Source of the DNA: an uncultured Candidatus Rokubacteria bacterium
Lineage (GTDB): Bacteria > Methylomirabilota > Methylomirabilia > Rokubacteriales > CSP1-6
DNA: 64,000 bases
Direction: 5' to 3'
Assembly: GCA_963762145.1 (NCBI GenBank)
Contig: CAVXJS010000021.1
Location: 1,088,001 to 1,152,000 of the forward strand
The notes beneath the pieces were generated by a model, which did no database searches, was not told where the DNA came from, and worked only from the letters and a program-made list of their open reading frames with translations. Shown in pieces: positions 19,931 to 29,828 of the stretch. A program made the translations under genes and the position numbers. How positions within the stretch are numbered: position 1 is the stretch's first letter; each line of letters begins with the position of its first letter.

Positions 19931-21247
19931 CTACCAGGGCAGGATCGCGGGCGCGTACTCCGGGATCCGCTCCTCCACCGTCATGAGCGGCTCGATGCCG
20001 TAGAGCGTGCGTGCGTTCTCGCCCATCAGCTTCCTCTGCGCCGCGATCGGCACCTTGAACTCCGCCATGTGGTGCAGGCCGTCCCAAGCGTCCTCCGCGT
20101 CGTGGTGCGGATAGTCCGACGACCAGATCGCCACGTCCTGGAACACGTCCCACAGCCGGTAGACGAGGGTCTCGTCCGACTCGAAGCCGATGAAGCAGCG
20201 CTCGTTGAACACGTCGACCGGATCGCGGATCAGTCGGTTGTCGCGCTGGAAGGCGAACAGGTTCGAGAAGTTCGAGGAGCGTGACAGGACCAGCGGGAGC
20301 CACGAGGCATTGGACTCGAGCACCGCCGCCTTCAGCTTCGGGAACTTTTCGAGCCAGCCGGTCTGCACCACCACGGTCACCCAGGTCATCGCCTCCAGCA
20401 GGAAGCCGAGCGTCTCGGAGGCGTCGATGGTGGGATCCATCGCCGCGGTGATGTTCGACACGAACTGCCCCGGTGAATAGACCACCGACTCGTCGGTGAA
20501 GAGCAGGCCCTGGCCCGAGTGGCCGCGCGCCTGGGCCATGCGCTCGCCCCATTCGGGCGTGAGCGCCTCACGGGAGGGGAAGGTGTGCATGGCCAGCACC
20601 GTCCCGGTGGCCTCGAACTCGCGCCACAGCGGGTCGAACTCGGCCAGCGTGGGATACCGCCCGTTCCAGAAGCAGGGGCGCACCGCCGCCGCCTTGAAGC
20701 CCAGCTTGGCGACCCGCCGGAGCTCCGCGATCGAGGCCTCGACGCTCTGCAAGGGCAGGACGGCGCAGGGGAACAGCCGCCGCTTGTCCGCGGCGCAGTA
20801 GTCGAGCACCCAGTTGTTGTAGGCCTGGGCCAGCACCGTCGCCGCCTCGACGCTGCGCACGAGGGCCAGCCGCACGAACCAGGTGGGGAACAGCATCACT
20901 TGGTCGGTGCCGAGCGCGTCCATGTCCTGAAGCCGCGCCTGCGGGTCGCGGCAGCCGAGCAGCCGCCCGAACTTCCCCTTCCAGGCCTCGGTGCCGGGGG
21001 TGAGCTTGCCCACCTCCTTCTTGTCCCAGCGGGCCCAGCCGACCTCGGCCGCGTTCGAGCGCTCGCGCGCGGCGGGGACCACCCGCCCGTTGATGAAGAG
21101 CAGATCGCTGTCGGTGTGGAAGCAGAACTGCGTCTTCACCCAGGCGCGGCTGCGGGCCGGAACATACTCGTCCCATATCGCCGGCGGCTCGACGACGTGG
21201 CTGTCGCAGTCGAAGACCGGGAAATCCTTGCGGGCGTTCGTGGCCAC
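19931..21247 (-). CDS. Amidohydrolase_2 family protein
   Basis: DCDSHVVEP, DMDALG...FPT, AYNNW, ESNASW, WSSDYPHHD. Confidence 0.88.
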   Translation of the reverse strand: MATNARKDFPVFDCDSHVVEPPAIWDEYVPARSRAWVKTQFCFHTDSDLLFINGRVVPAARERSNAAEVGWARWDKKEVGKLTPGTEAWKGKFGRLLGCRDPQARLQDMDALGTDQVMLFPTWFVRLALVRSVEAATVLAQAYNNWVLDYCAADKRRLFPCAVLPLQSVEASIAELRRVAKLGFKAAAVRPCFWNGRYPTLAEFDPLWREFEATGTVLAMHTFPSREALTPEWGERMAQARGHSGQGLLFTDESVVYSPGQFVSNITAAMDPTIDASETLGFLLEAMTWVTVVVQTGWLEKFPKLKAAVLESNASWLPLVLSRSSNFSNLFAFQRDNRLIRDPVDVFNERCFIGFESDETLVYRLWDVFQDVAIWSSDYPHHDAEDAWDGLHHMAEFKVPIAAQRKLMGENARTLYGIEPLMTVEERIPEYAPAILPW

Positions 21248-21304
21248 GGCGACCCTCCTGTCCCTTTCAATGTCGGGAGGGGCATTCTATTATCCGGGCC
21301 AGGC

Positions 21305-22069
21305 ATGGACAAGACGCCGGGGATCGAGCGCTTCTCGCTGTCGGGGCGCGTCGTCCTGGTCACCGGCGCGACGCGAGGGCTCGGGCTCGCGATCGCGCGC
21401 GGCATGGCGGCAGCCGGCGCGGCGGTCGGGATCAACGGACGCGACCCTGCGCGGGCGCGGGAGGTCGCGGACGGCATTCCGAACGCCTTCCCCGCTCCCT
21501 TCGACATCACCGATCTGGGCGCGGGAGCGGAGGCAATGGCCGCGATCGTGGCCCGGCACGGCCGCCTCGACTGCCTCGTCAACAACGCGGCGGTGCGCGA
21601 CCGCCGGGCCCTCGAGGAGATCGCGGCCGACGACTTCCGCCGCCTGATGGAGACCAACCTGGTGGCGCAGTACGAGCTCTCTCGCGTGGCCGCGCGGCAC
21701 ATGGCGGCCCGCGGCCAGGGGCGGCTCGTCTTCGTTAGCTCGATGGTGGGGCCGCGGTCGTTTCAGGGCGACCCCGCCTACGTGGCCTCGAAGGGCGGGC
21801 TCGAGGCCCTGATGCGCGCGCTCGCGGTCGAGCTGGGCCAGAAGGGCATCGCGGCCAACGCGATCGCGCCCGGGTTCTTCCTGACCGACGGGAACGCCTC
21901 GTTCTTCTCTCAGCCGCGTGTGCTGGAGCTGGCGCGGCGGATCCCCTTGCAACGCTTCGGCCGGCCCGACGAGCTGGTGGGCGCCGCCATCTTCCTGGCC
22001 TCCGACGCCGCCTCCTACATCACGGGCCAGGTCCTGACCGTCGACGCGGGCCTGTCGATCGCGCTCTAG
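21305..22069 (+). CDS. SDR oxidoreductase (gluconate 5-dehydrogenase-like)
   Basis: TGATRGLG, VNNA, YVASK, NAIAPG.F.T. Confidence 0.9.
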   Translation: MDKTPGIERFSLSGRVVLVTGATRGLGLAIARGMAAAGAAVGINGRDPARAREVADGIPNAFPAPFDITDLGAGAEAMAAIVARHGRLDCLVNNAAVRDRRALEEIAADDFRRLMETNLVAQYELSRVAARHMAARGQGRLVFVSSMVGPRSFQGDPAYVASKGGLEALMRALAVELGQKGIAANAIAPGFFLTDGNASFFSQPRVLELARRIPLQRFGRPDELVGAAIFLASDAASYITGQVLTVDAGLSIAL

Positions 22070-22077
22070 CGACCAAA

Positions 22078-22440
22078 GGGGAGGGGGACCTGGAGGCATT
22101 CGCGGAGGTCACGCGGCGCTTCCAGCACATGGCATTCGGCTATGCCGTGGCCCTACTGCGCGATCTCCAGCAGGCGGAGGACGTGGTCCAGGAGGCATTC
22201 GTCGCCGCCTGGTTCGGGCTCCGCAGCCTCGCCGATCCGAGATACTCCGCAAGGTCGAATGAGATGGCGACGGTCTGGCACCTCGCCGACGAAACCAAGG
22301 TCAGATCTCGAATCCTGGCGCTGAACCGCGAGATCGCCAAGGTGAACGCGCGGGCAACCGAGGGCCCGCCCACCCGCCTCGGCCCGCTCGACGTGGAGGC
22401 GATCGTCGCGGAGTGGCGCGCCCGACGAAAGCCGGGCTGA
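22078..22440 (+). pseudogene. Chimeric remnant: ECF sigma region 2 joined to DUF1992-like C-terminus
   Basis: GDLEAFAEVTRRFQHMAFGYAV...AEDVVQEAFVAAW...LADP then LNREIAKVN...GPPTRLGPLDVEAIVAEW. Confidence 0.55.
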
Positions 22441-22498
22441 CCGCGTCAGGCTAGGGGGCGGCGCCACGGAGACTCTACGCAGTAAGCACAGCAATCCC

Positions 22499-22527
22499 TT
22501 GACACCCCTCCCTACCGCTCCTAGTGT
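22499..22527 (+). promoter_or_regulatory. sigma70-type promoter
   Basis: TTGACA-N17-TAGTGT. Confidence 0.55.
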
Positions 22528-22773
22528 CGGCTCGGCACAGCTGTTGCCGCCGTTCCAGCGTGATGACCCGCTGAATGTACGAACGCAGGGTCACCTCGCT
22601 ACGGAACCCGGACCGGAGTCCATGATTTCCACGAATCTGTATATGTGCGTGGCCAACCGCGATGGTTAGGACACCGCGAAGCAGTCACGAAGACGAACCA
22701 CATCCGCCCGAGGTGTTCTCGGGCTCCCATCCGGATCGCCACCGACTGAAGACAAATAACGGGAGTAAATCGT

Positions 22774-24216
22774 ATGGCGCAGCGTAAGACGACGACCAAT
22801 GATCGGACGCGTACTCGAAGGCATCTGACTGTCGCGATACACGCCGCCGATCTTCGATCTCTCCGTGACATCGTTCGAACCTATCCGTTGGATTTTGGCT
22901 GTAGACCACACGCCATTCCTGATGCAACAGGCGCGTACTATACGACTGCATTGGTTTCGCTGGCAGAGCGCGACCTACTTCGTAGTCGGGGCTTGGATAT
23001 TCGGGATCTGTTCGATCAAACCAGCGGCGATAGAACCGGCAAGGCCACAATCGGAAAAGGCGACCGATTCAAAAATGGGAAGATTCCACCTCGGGGTGTC
23101 GGCTCCAGGCCGAACACTCGGGACAGCGAGCTCGGCTCCATAATGAACCCCGATGAAATCAACTCCGCGATCCAAGGGCTCGTCAACGAGTACGGTATCC
23201 CGACGTTCGACGTACCGAACGCGACTGCGGAGGGATCTGCTGGAAAAGGCGGGCTGACGGGCAAGGTAGACCCCAATGCCTACCATGTCTACTTTACCGC
23301 CGGCGTTCACGCCAGAGAACGGGGCGGCCCAGATAGTCTGATCTACTTTATTGCGGATTTGCTGTTCGCGCGGAAACACTCAATCGGTTTGACCTATGGT
23401 GCCAAGAGCTATTCCAGCGCCGATGTCACCAAGGCGCTGAAAACTGGGATCGTCTTCTTCCCTTTGGTCAATCCCGATGGTCTCCGGTACGACCAAAAAA
23501 CCGATTCCCTTTGGCGCAAAAACCGAAATCCCGCCGACGCCACTCCCGGCATTCCGGCTACGATCGGGGTCGATATCAATCGCAACTACGATTTTCTATG
23601 GGACTTCCGACGGCACTTCCACCCGGTCGCGACAGCAGCGACGAGCCTTGCGTCTGACAAACCGATTGACGAAACCTATCATGGCCGGTACGCGTTTTCC
23701 GAGCCTGAGACGCGTAACGTGGCTTGGGCTTTCGATCAGTTCCCGCGCATCCGCTGGTATATGGATATCCATTCGGCCCAAGGCCAGATCCTGTTCAACT
23801 GGGGCGACGACAACGACCAATTCAATGACCCGTCAATGCAATTCTTGAATCCCGCTTGGGACGGTAAAAGAGGCGTGGTGGGTGACACAGCATATCGGGA
23901 ATGGATAGAGGAACCGGATTACGGAAAAGTATCGAACGTGTCGAACCGCGTTGCACGAGCGATGCAAACCGTAGGCGGACGATCGTACGTGCCCTTGCAA
24001 GCCGTTGGTCTATTTCCAACGTCCGGAGCGAGCGACGACTATGCGTACAGCCGCTACCGAGCCGACGCGAAGCTGAACAAGGCCCACGGTTTCACGATGG
24101 AATTTGGTTATCCAAAGAACTTCTACCCCACGCTACCGGAATACCATAACAACCTGAAAGATACCGGGGCCGGCTTGATGGAGTTTTGTTTGGCGGCATC
24201 AGATGCGGGGTTGTGA
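22774..24216 (+). CDS. M14 zinc carboxypeptidase
   Basis: GVHARE, VNPDG, WRKNR, GVDINRN, SEPET, DIHS, TSGASDD, FTMEFG. Confidence 0.9.
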   Translation: MAQRKTTTNDRTRTRRHLTVAIHAADLRSLRDIVRTYPLDFGCRPHAIPDATGAYYTTALVSLAERDLLRSRGLDIRDLFDQTSGDRTGKATIGKGDRFKNGKIPPRGVGSRPNTRDSELGSIMNPDEINSAIQGLVNEYGIPTFDVPNATAEGSAGKGGLTGKVDPNAYHVYFTAGVHARERGGPDSLIYFIADLLFARKHSIGLTYGAKSYSSADVTKALKTGIVFFPLVNPDGLRYDQKTDSLWRKNRNPADATPGIPATIGVDINRNYDFLWDFRRHFHPVATAATSLASDKPIDETYHGRYAFSEPETRNVAWAFDQFPRIRWYMDIHSAQGQILFNWGDDNDQFNDPSMQFLNPAWDGKRGVVGDTAYREWIEEPDYGKVSNVSNRVARAMQTVGGRSYVPLQAVGLFPTSGASDDYAYSRYRADAKLNKAHGFTMEFGYPKNFYPTLPEYHNNLKDTGAGLMEFCLAASDAGL

Positions 24217-24230
24217 CCAAGGAATTCAAA

Positions 24231-24280
24231 TGGTGGGGTGGGACGGGATTGAACCGTCGACACCAGGATTGTCAGACCTG
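24231..24280 (-). pseudogene. 3' fragment of tRNA-Phe-like gene (possible att scar)
   Basis: Reverse complement CAGGTCTGACAATCCTG-GTGTC-GACGGTTCAATCCCGTC-CCACCCCACCA: anticodon arm, T arm and CCA; 5' half absent. Confidence 0.7.
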
Positions 24281-24513
24281 AGCCTTGGTCTCTGTAAGCA
24301 CAAATTCGGCCGGACCTACTCGATCACCTGATCCGCACCCTCCATACGCGGACAGTTCCGCCGATCGCTGGCGGTTGGTGATTCTGTAAGGCGTCGATTT
24401 GCACAATCCTTCAAGACGCCAATCAGTTCGATCTCTAGGCTGCTTGGCGAATTGTGTGACCGGTGGCCACGAAGCGCTGCACCACATAGTCCTTCATTGA
24501 AGTGAGGTATGCC

Positions 24514-25004
24514 ATGCCACAGAGGGAAAACAGCATTCGACTCGATGAACTGACAACACCACATCTCGCGGACGCGTGCTTGAAGAGAGCTGGGCTAGCC
24601 GGGATCGTCATCTGGGGGCTCCATCGCGACAACCAGGAGGTGTCAGAAATTGGCCTGCCGCTCTTCAGTCTCGGTGTGCTCTCGACCGGGCCGCAGCGCT
24701 TGGACACAAGACCGTCAGACGTGTTCGGTTGGGCGAAAGTGGGATCCCATGTCGTGACATCGAGCGACACCGTGGTTGCTGACGGCGATGGGGTAGTCTT
24801 CTTCCACAGGCGCGACTCGGCGAGATTGTGGCTGTCGCGGCAACCATCCGCGATACAGAGCGTCGCCAGGCAATCGCGATGGCGGGTGGCCGAAGTCTGC
24901 GCGACCAATCGCGGTTCGGCGAATACATGGCGCGGCGGCACCGGGAGCCTGACTACGCCTTTCGACAGCATCTCAGAGACATCGGGGCTGCTGTCGAGGA
25001 ATGA
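24514..25004 (+). pseudogene. RraA/HMG-aldolase family remnant with internal deletion and frameshift
   Basis: LTTPHLADACL jumps to AGLAGIVIWGLHRD...GLPLFSLG...GP...VVADGDGVVF; tail YAFRQHLRDIGAAVEE in another frame. Confidence 0.7.
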
Positions 25005-25095
25005 CCCCTCACATTTCACCGAGACCCGCCGCTGGTGGCGAGCCAGACCGCAATCCGCCCCCGTCCCTCCGCGACGAGCCGCCGTCGGAAAAGCG

Positions 25096-26373
25096 TCAGG
25101 CCACGAACCGGTTCCGGGACGAGCGGATCTCGGGCGGCTTCGTGAACTGGCCGTCCTTCATGATCGCCAGCAGCTTGGACTTGTCTTGCAGGATGGAGAT
25201 GTTCGCGAGCGGGTCACCGTCCACGAGGAGCAGGTCGGCGAGCCAGCCCTCGCGGATCTCGCCGAGATCCTTGCACATCATGATCTGCCCGCCCCAGCGC
25301 GTCGCCGAGATGAGGGCCTCCATCGGGGTCATGCCCAGGTACTTGACGAAGTACTCGAGGTCCTTCGCGTTCTCGCCGTGCGGCGCCCAGGCGAATCCGT
25401 AGTCGCCGCCGGGCAGCACGCGAATGCCACGCCTGAGCATCGCCTTCATGCTCTTCACCGCCGCCTCGAGCTCGAGCTCGTAGCCCATGTCCTTGGCCAT
25501 CGCATTGGTGACGCCGACCACCTCGCCCTCGTTGAGCAGGCGGATGATCACGGAGAGGCCGGGGGCGACGAATATCCGATCCTTCTGCGCCTCCATCATG
25601 TCGAGCGCTTCCTCGTCGGCGAAGCTCGCGTGGTAGATCACCTCGACGCCGTGGCGCATGCTCTGCTTGACCGACTCGCTCGATCGCGCGTGCGTGGCCA
25701 GGCGCTTGCCGCGCACCTTCACCTCGCGCGCGGCCACCGCCACTTCCTCGTCGCTCATCCAGCTGGTCTGCGCATCCGCGCCGGGCACCAGGTTGTCGCC
25801 GGAGAGGTTGAGCTTCACCTGGTCGACGCCGTACTTGAGGAACATACGCACGGCCTTGCGCATCCCCTCGGGGCCATCCACCACGCAGCCGAACGACATC
25901 TCCGGGAACGGCAGGTGCGGCAGCATGTCGTCACCGAGCGAGCCGGTGACCGTGATCTCCTGACTCGCCGCGAGGTAGCGCGGGCCGGGGATCTGCCCCG
26001 CGTTGATCGCGTCGCGAATCACGCAGTCGAGCCGTGGCTTGGGAGTCGCCGCGCCCACGCAGGACGTCCAGCCGTGGTCCAGGTAGAGCTTGGCCACCTG
26101 CGCCGCCCACAGGGTGTGCTCCTCGTGCGGCATCTTCTGGATGGCGTCCAGCGTCTTGGAGTTGGTCCAGCCGAAGTGCGTGTGCGCCTCGCACATGCCG
26201 GGCATCAGGGTCGCGCCGGCCCCGTCGATCACCGACACCCCGGCGGTGGGGAGGCTGCGCGTGCCCCGCCCGACGCGCGCGATCCGGTTGCCCTGTACCA
26301 GCAGCTCCCCCGGGTACGGTTGCGCGCCGGTGGCGTCGAGTATGCGTACGTTCGTGAAGAGGACGTTCGCCAT
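25096..26373 (-). CDS. Amidohydrolase family protein (prolidase-like)
   Basis: LMPGMCEAHTH, GVDQVK, ATHAR, IYHAS, GGDYG, GWLADLLLVDGDP. Confidence 0.9.
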   Translation of the reverse strand: MANVLFTNVRILDATGAQPYPGELLVQGNRIARVGRGTRSLPTAGVSVIDGAGATLMPGMCEAHTHFGWTNSKTLDAIQKMPHEEHTLWAAQVAKLYLDHGWTSCVGAATPKPRLDCVIRDAINAGQIPGPRYLAASQEITVTGSLGDDMLPHLPFPEMSFGCVVDGPEGMRKAVRMFLKYGVDQVKLNLSGDNLVPGADAQTSWMSDEEVAVAAREVKVRGKRLATHARSSESVKQSMRHGVEVIYHASFADEEALDMMEAQKDRIFVAPGLSVIIRLLNEGEVVGVTNAMAKDMGYELELEAAVKSMKAMLRRGIRVLPGGDYGFAWAPHGENAKDLEYFVKYLGMTPMEALISATRWGGQIMMCKDLGEIREGWLADLLLVDGDPLANISILQDKSKLLAIMKDGQFTKPPEIRSSRNRFVA

Positions 26374-26599
26374 GTCGGGCTCCTTTAGGGAAGGAATCGC
26401 TTCGACAGACCGACCCTTCTGCAGGGAGTATCACGGGCCGATCGGGTGGCGTCAAGTCGGACGCCGCCGTGCGTGACCGGGAGTGGAAGGGGGGCCAGCA
26501 GACGGCGCACGCGGCGCGCGTGAGCCTAATCTGTCGGGAGCCCGCCACGTGAGGGCCAGACCCGCCTTCTTCTTCCGGCTCGGGCGGAACAGCTGCTCG

Positions 26600-26930
26600 T
26601 TCTTGAGGCGCGACTTCCCGATCCCTGCCTCCCCGGTGATGGACACAATCTGCCCACGACCTTCCTCGCGGTGCAGGCCCTGCCCTGAGACTCGTGACCA
26701 GATAAGCGGTGACGGGCACGAGAAACCCTTTGAGGGACAGCGGTCCTGGTAGCTCCGCTTCGACGAAAGCGCGGACAAGACGGTGCGTCTCTTCGCTCAC
26801 GACCACTCCGGGCGCGGCCGACTGCAGCCGCGCCGCGAGGTTCGTCACCTCAAGCTGGCCAAGGCTCTCTCGCATCGCGACCGTCGCGCGCACTGCCCGC
26901 TCCGCATCGTCGGCCAGCGTTTGTGGCGAG
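26600..26930 (-). pseudogene. Adenylate/guanylate cyclase-AAA remnant
   Basis: DDAERAVRA, TNLAARLQ, VVVSEETHRLV, LSLKG, then GQIVSITGEAGIGKSRL in another frame; intervening segments missing. Confidence 0.7.
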
Positions 26931-26968
26931 TCCTGGACCTGGTAGCTCCTTACGGTGTCCAACACCGC

Positions 26969-28123
26969 CTATGTCCTCGTCCGGTACAGCGCCTTGAGCC
27001 ACGGGGGGGCCACGAACGTGGTCAGCATGACCGCCGCCACCAGGACGGAGTATAGGTCGGCGGCGATCACCCCTACCGCCAATCCGGCCCCCGCGAAGAT
27101 CAGCCCGACCTCGCCCCGCGGCACCATGCCGACGCCGACCGGCCAGCGGCGCACGCTCGGCTGGTACACCGCAAGGCCGGCGGCGAGCTTCGTGGCCACC
27201 GCGAGCCCGGTCAGGACCAGCGCGAGGCCGAGCTGCGCGTCCGCCCCGAAGGGGTCGAGCCGCGCCGGCTCCACCTTCATGCCCACCGTGACGAAGAAGA
27301 CGGGGACGAACAGGTCGGCCACTGGCCTCACCCGCTCCTCGATGTGGGCCTTCCGGGCCGTCTTGGCGAGGACGAGTCCGGCGGCGAACGCGCCGATGAT
27401 CGTGGCGAGCCCGATCAGGTCGGCCGCCGCGCTCAGCGTCAGCGCGAACACCAAAGAGTAGACGATCAGTGTGCCGCGCGCGCGGAGGCGGCCGATCCAG
27501 CCGACCAGTAGCGGGGCCAGCCGCAGCCCGAGCACGATCGCGACCACCAGGAAGACCACCGCCTTGCCGGTGAGCAGCGCCACCGAGGCCGTCGAGACGC
27601 TGCCGGTCTGGGCGGCGCCGGTCACCACGGCGAGGATGATCAGGCCGAGGACGTCATCCACGACCGCGGCGCCGAGGACGACGTTCGCGGCCGGGTCCTG
27701 GAGCCGCCCCATGTCGGCCAGCACGCGCGCCGTGATGCCCACGCTCGTCGCGGTGAACGTCGCCCCGACGAAGACGGCGACCAGCGGCGGGTGCCCGAGC
27801 CACTGCATGACCGCGTACCCTGCGGCGAACGGCAGCGCCACGCCGACGAGCGCGACGAGGGTGGCCTGCAGGCCGGCCTCCAGCAGCTCGTCGACGTCGG
27901 ACTCCAGTCCCACCTCGAACAGGAGCACGAGCACGCCCAGCTCCGCCAGCGCGTGCAGGACGTCGGACTCGTGCACCAGCCCGAGGACCCCTGGGCCGAT
28001 GAGCACCCCCGCCAGCAGCTCGCCCAGGACGGCGGTCTGCCCGACCCGCTCCATCGCCTCGCCCGCCAGCTTGGCGGCGAGCCAGACCAGGACGAGGCCC
28101 AGCAGCAGCTCGCGGAACTCCAT
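26969..28123 (-). CDS. CPA2 cation:proton antiporter
   Basis: GELLAGVLIGP, LLFEVGLE, ATSVGIT, AAVVDD, GMVPRGEVGL. Confidence 0.92.
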   Translation of the reverse strand: MEFRELLLGLVLVWLAAKLAGEAMERVGQTAVLGELLAGVLIGPGVLGLVHESDVLHALAELGVLVLLFEVGLESDVDELLEAGLQATLVALVGVALPFAAGYAVMQWLGHPPLVAVFVGATFTATSVGITARVLADMGRLQDPAANVVLGAAVVDDVLGLIILAVVTGAAQTGSVSTASVALLTGKAVVFLVVAIVLGLRLAPLLVGWIGRLRARGTLIVYSLVFALTLSAAADLIGLATIIGAFAAGLVLAKTARKAHIEERVRPVADLFVPVFFVTVGMKVEPARLDPFGADAQLGLALVLTGLAVATKLAAGLAVYQPSVRRWPVGVGMVPRGEVGLIFAGAGLAVGVIAADLYSVLVAAVMLTTFVAPPWLKALYRTRT

Positions 28124-28124
28124 C

Positions 28125-28469
28125 CTAGTGGCTCGCCATGAGGCCGGCGCACCGGCTCCGGAGGTTCGAGAGAGTCCCCGCCTCCTTCACGAACTCGACG
28201 AGCCCTCCGAGCGGCGTCGCGGCGGCGCTGCCCGGCGCGGCTCCCAGGGTCAGCCACTGGACGATCGCCTGGCCCTTCGGCGTGTCGAGGTCGCAGGTGA
28301 AGATGCACTCGGCCGAGAACCCCATGAGCTTCGAGAGCTCGACCGTGAGCAGCCCGCCGCTCAACCTTGCCTCGGAGTGGTTGACGATGACCTTCTCTCC
28401 CCCGTCGAGCGTGACGTAGCAGCACGTGCCAGCCTTGGGGTCCGTTACGAACCGTCCCACCTTCGCCAT
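28125..28469 (-). CDS. Hypothetical protein
   Basis: GGGAGG RBS; stop adjacent to antiporter start. Confidence 0.6.
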   Translation of the reverse strand: MAKVGRFVTDPKAGTCCYVTLDGGEKVIVNHSEARLSGGLLTVELSKLMGFSAECIFTCDLDTPKGQAIVQWLTLGAAPGSAAATPLGGLVEFVKEAGTLSNLRSRCAGLMASH

Positions 28470-28682
28470 GGTCGCCTCCCTCAAAGCACGCTGTGCGAGA
28501 GGCTGACAGCCAGGCTCTGAGTTTCTTCGCTAAAGTCCTTCAAATTCTTCATGCGACCGTCCTCCGCGCTAGAAACACGTGGTTCGGGAGGGCGGCGGGG
28601 CCGCTACCTGAAGAACCACGCTTCGGTGGGTTGACCACGGGCGGCCATCACGGGCCGCCGGACACCGCGCCGAGCGGAGGGG

Positions 28683-28997
28683 CTAGTGGGGGTCTTCGGA
28701 GGCGGGCGCCGCGTCGGGCGGCGCGTGGGGCTTCCGGCTCGCGATGGGGCGCGCCCGCGGCGGGTCGACGGACGCGGGCTGCGCCGTGACCGCCTCCGCC
28801 GGTGCCAGGAGCGCGACGATCCCCGGGGCCTGGGCCGGGAGCGGCGAGATCGCCTCGGCCGCGCTCCGCGCCCGCACCTGCGTGCTCTCGGCCGTGGCCC
28901 CGGGCTCGAAGACGAACGCCCCCGGCATCCCGGGCAGCGACAGGTCAAGCGTCACGTAGACGAGGATCGCGAGGACGAGCGACCGCCGATGGCTCAC
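28683..28997 (-). CDS. Hypothetical protein with N-terminal hydrophobic segment
   Basis: LVLAILVYVTLDLSLP.MPGAFVFEP; Pro/Ala-rich tail. Confidence 0.5.
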   Translation of the reverse strand: MSHRRSLVLAILVYVTLDLSLPGMPGAFVFEPGATAESTQVRARSAAEAISPLPAQAPGIVALLAPAEAVTAQPASVDPPRARPIASRKPHAPPDAAPASEDPH

Positions 28998-29183
28998 GCA
29001 CCGATTCTAACCTACTCGTCGCTCCTGCGTGGCGAGCCGCAGCCCAGGAGGCGCCTTGGGGTTGCCGGCCCACCGGGCCCGCGCAAGTCCCCGGGGCGGA
29101 AAGCGCCGCCGCGCGTATCCCGGCCACCCCGCGATGTCTGGCTCGGACCCGCAGGGCGTCGGCAAGCGATAGGCCGTCGACGG

Positions 29184-29828
29184 TTAGTAGGTGGCCGGTC
29201 CGCGGTCCTGGAACCAAAGAGCCTCGCCCAGCGTCCGGATCCCGCTCTGTTCGAGCCGGGGCAAGAGCTCCAAGAGGACGCGGCCCGCCATGACCGCATC
29301 GCCGTCCGCCGTGTGCCGCCGCTCGATCGGCACTCCCAAGCGAAGACAGACACCCTCCAGGCTGAAGTCCAGCCACGCAGGGTGGAGTGCTGCAACGAGC
29401 CTCTGCGTACACAGCGCTGCGAGCGTATCCGGTGCAGCGATCACGCCTCGACGAGCGCGCGTCATGACCGCGATGTCAAACGCAACGCCATGGCCAACGA
29501 TAACCTGCCCGGCGCAGAGCTCATCGAGCCGGCGCACCGCGCTCGCCTCGTCAGGAGCGCCCTCGACCATCGCGTCGTCGATCCCGTGAATCATCGTGGA
29601 TGACGCCGGGATGCGTTGTCCGGGATTCACCAGCGTGACGTGCACGGTCGCCGATTCGCCGCCGACAAACTTGACGGCGGCGAGAGACACGATGCGATCG
29701 CGCCGTCGGTCCAATCCGGTCGTCTCGAGATCTATCGCCAGGAACCCGCGCCCTGGAAGGCTCGCAAGCGACATGTCGGCTCGGTGACGCGGGCGTTGCC
29801 ACAGAGACGAGAGCCAGCCCACGGTCAA
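29184..29828 (-). CDS. DEDDh 3'-5' exonuclease (DnaQ-like)
   Basis: IDLETTG, IHGI, VGH...FD, RHTADGDA; overlaps DUF294 gene stop. Confidence 0.88.
   Translation of the reverse strand: MTVGWLSSLWQRPRHRADMSLASLPGRGFLAIDLETTGLDRRRDRIVSLAAVKFVGGESATVHVTLVNPGQRIPASSTMIHGIDDAMVEGAPDEASAVRRLDELCAGQVIVGHGVAFDIAVMTRARRGVIAAPDTLAALCTQRLVAALHPAWLDFSLEGVCLRLGVPIERRHTADGDAVMAGRVLLELLPRLEQSGIRTLGEALWFQDRGPATY

Noticed and set aside
24231-24280. Functional tRNA-Val(GAC)
   Set aside because: The 5' half and D arm are absent and the anticodon stem is mismatched. The remaining features fit a decayed tRNA-Phe fragment.
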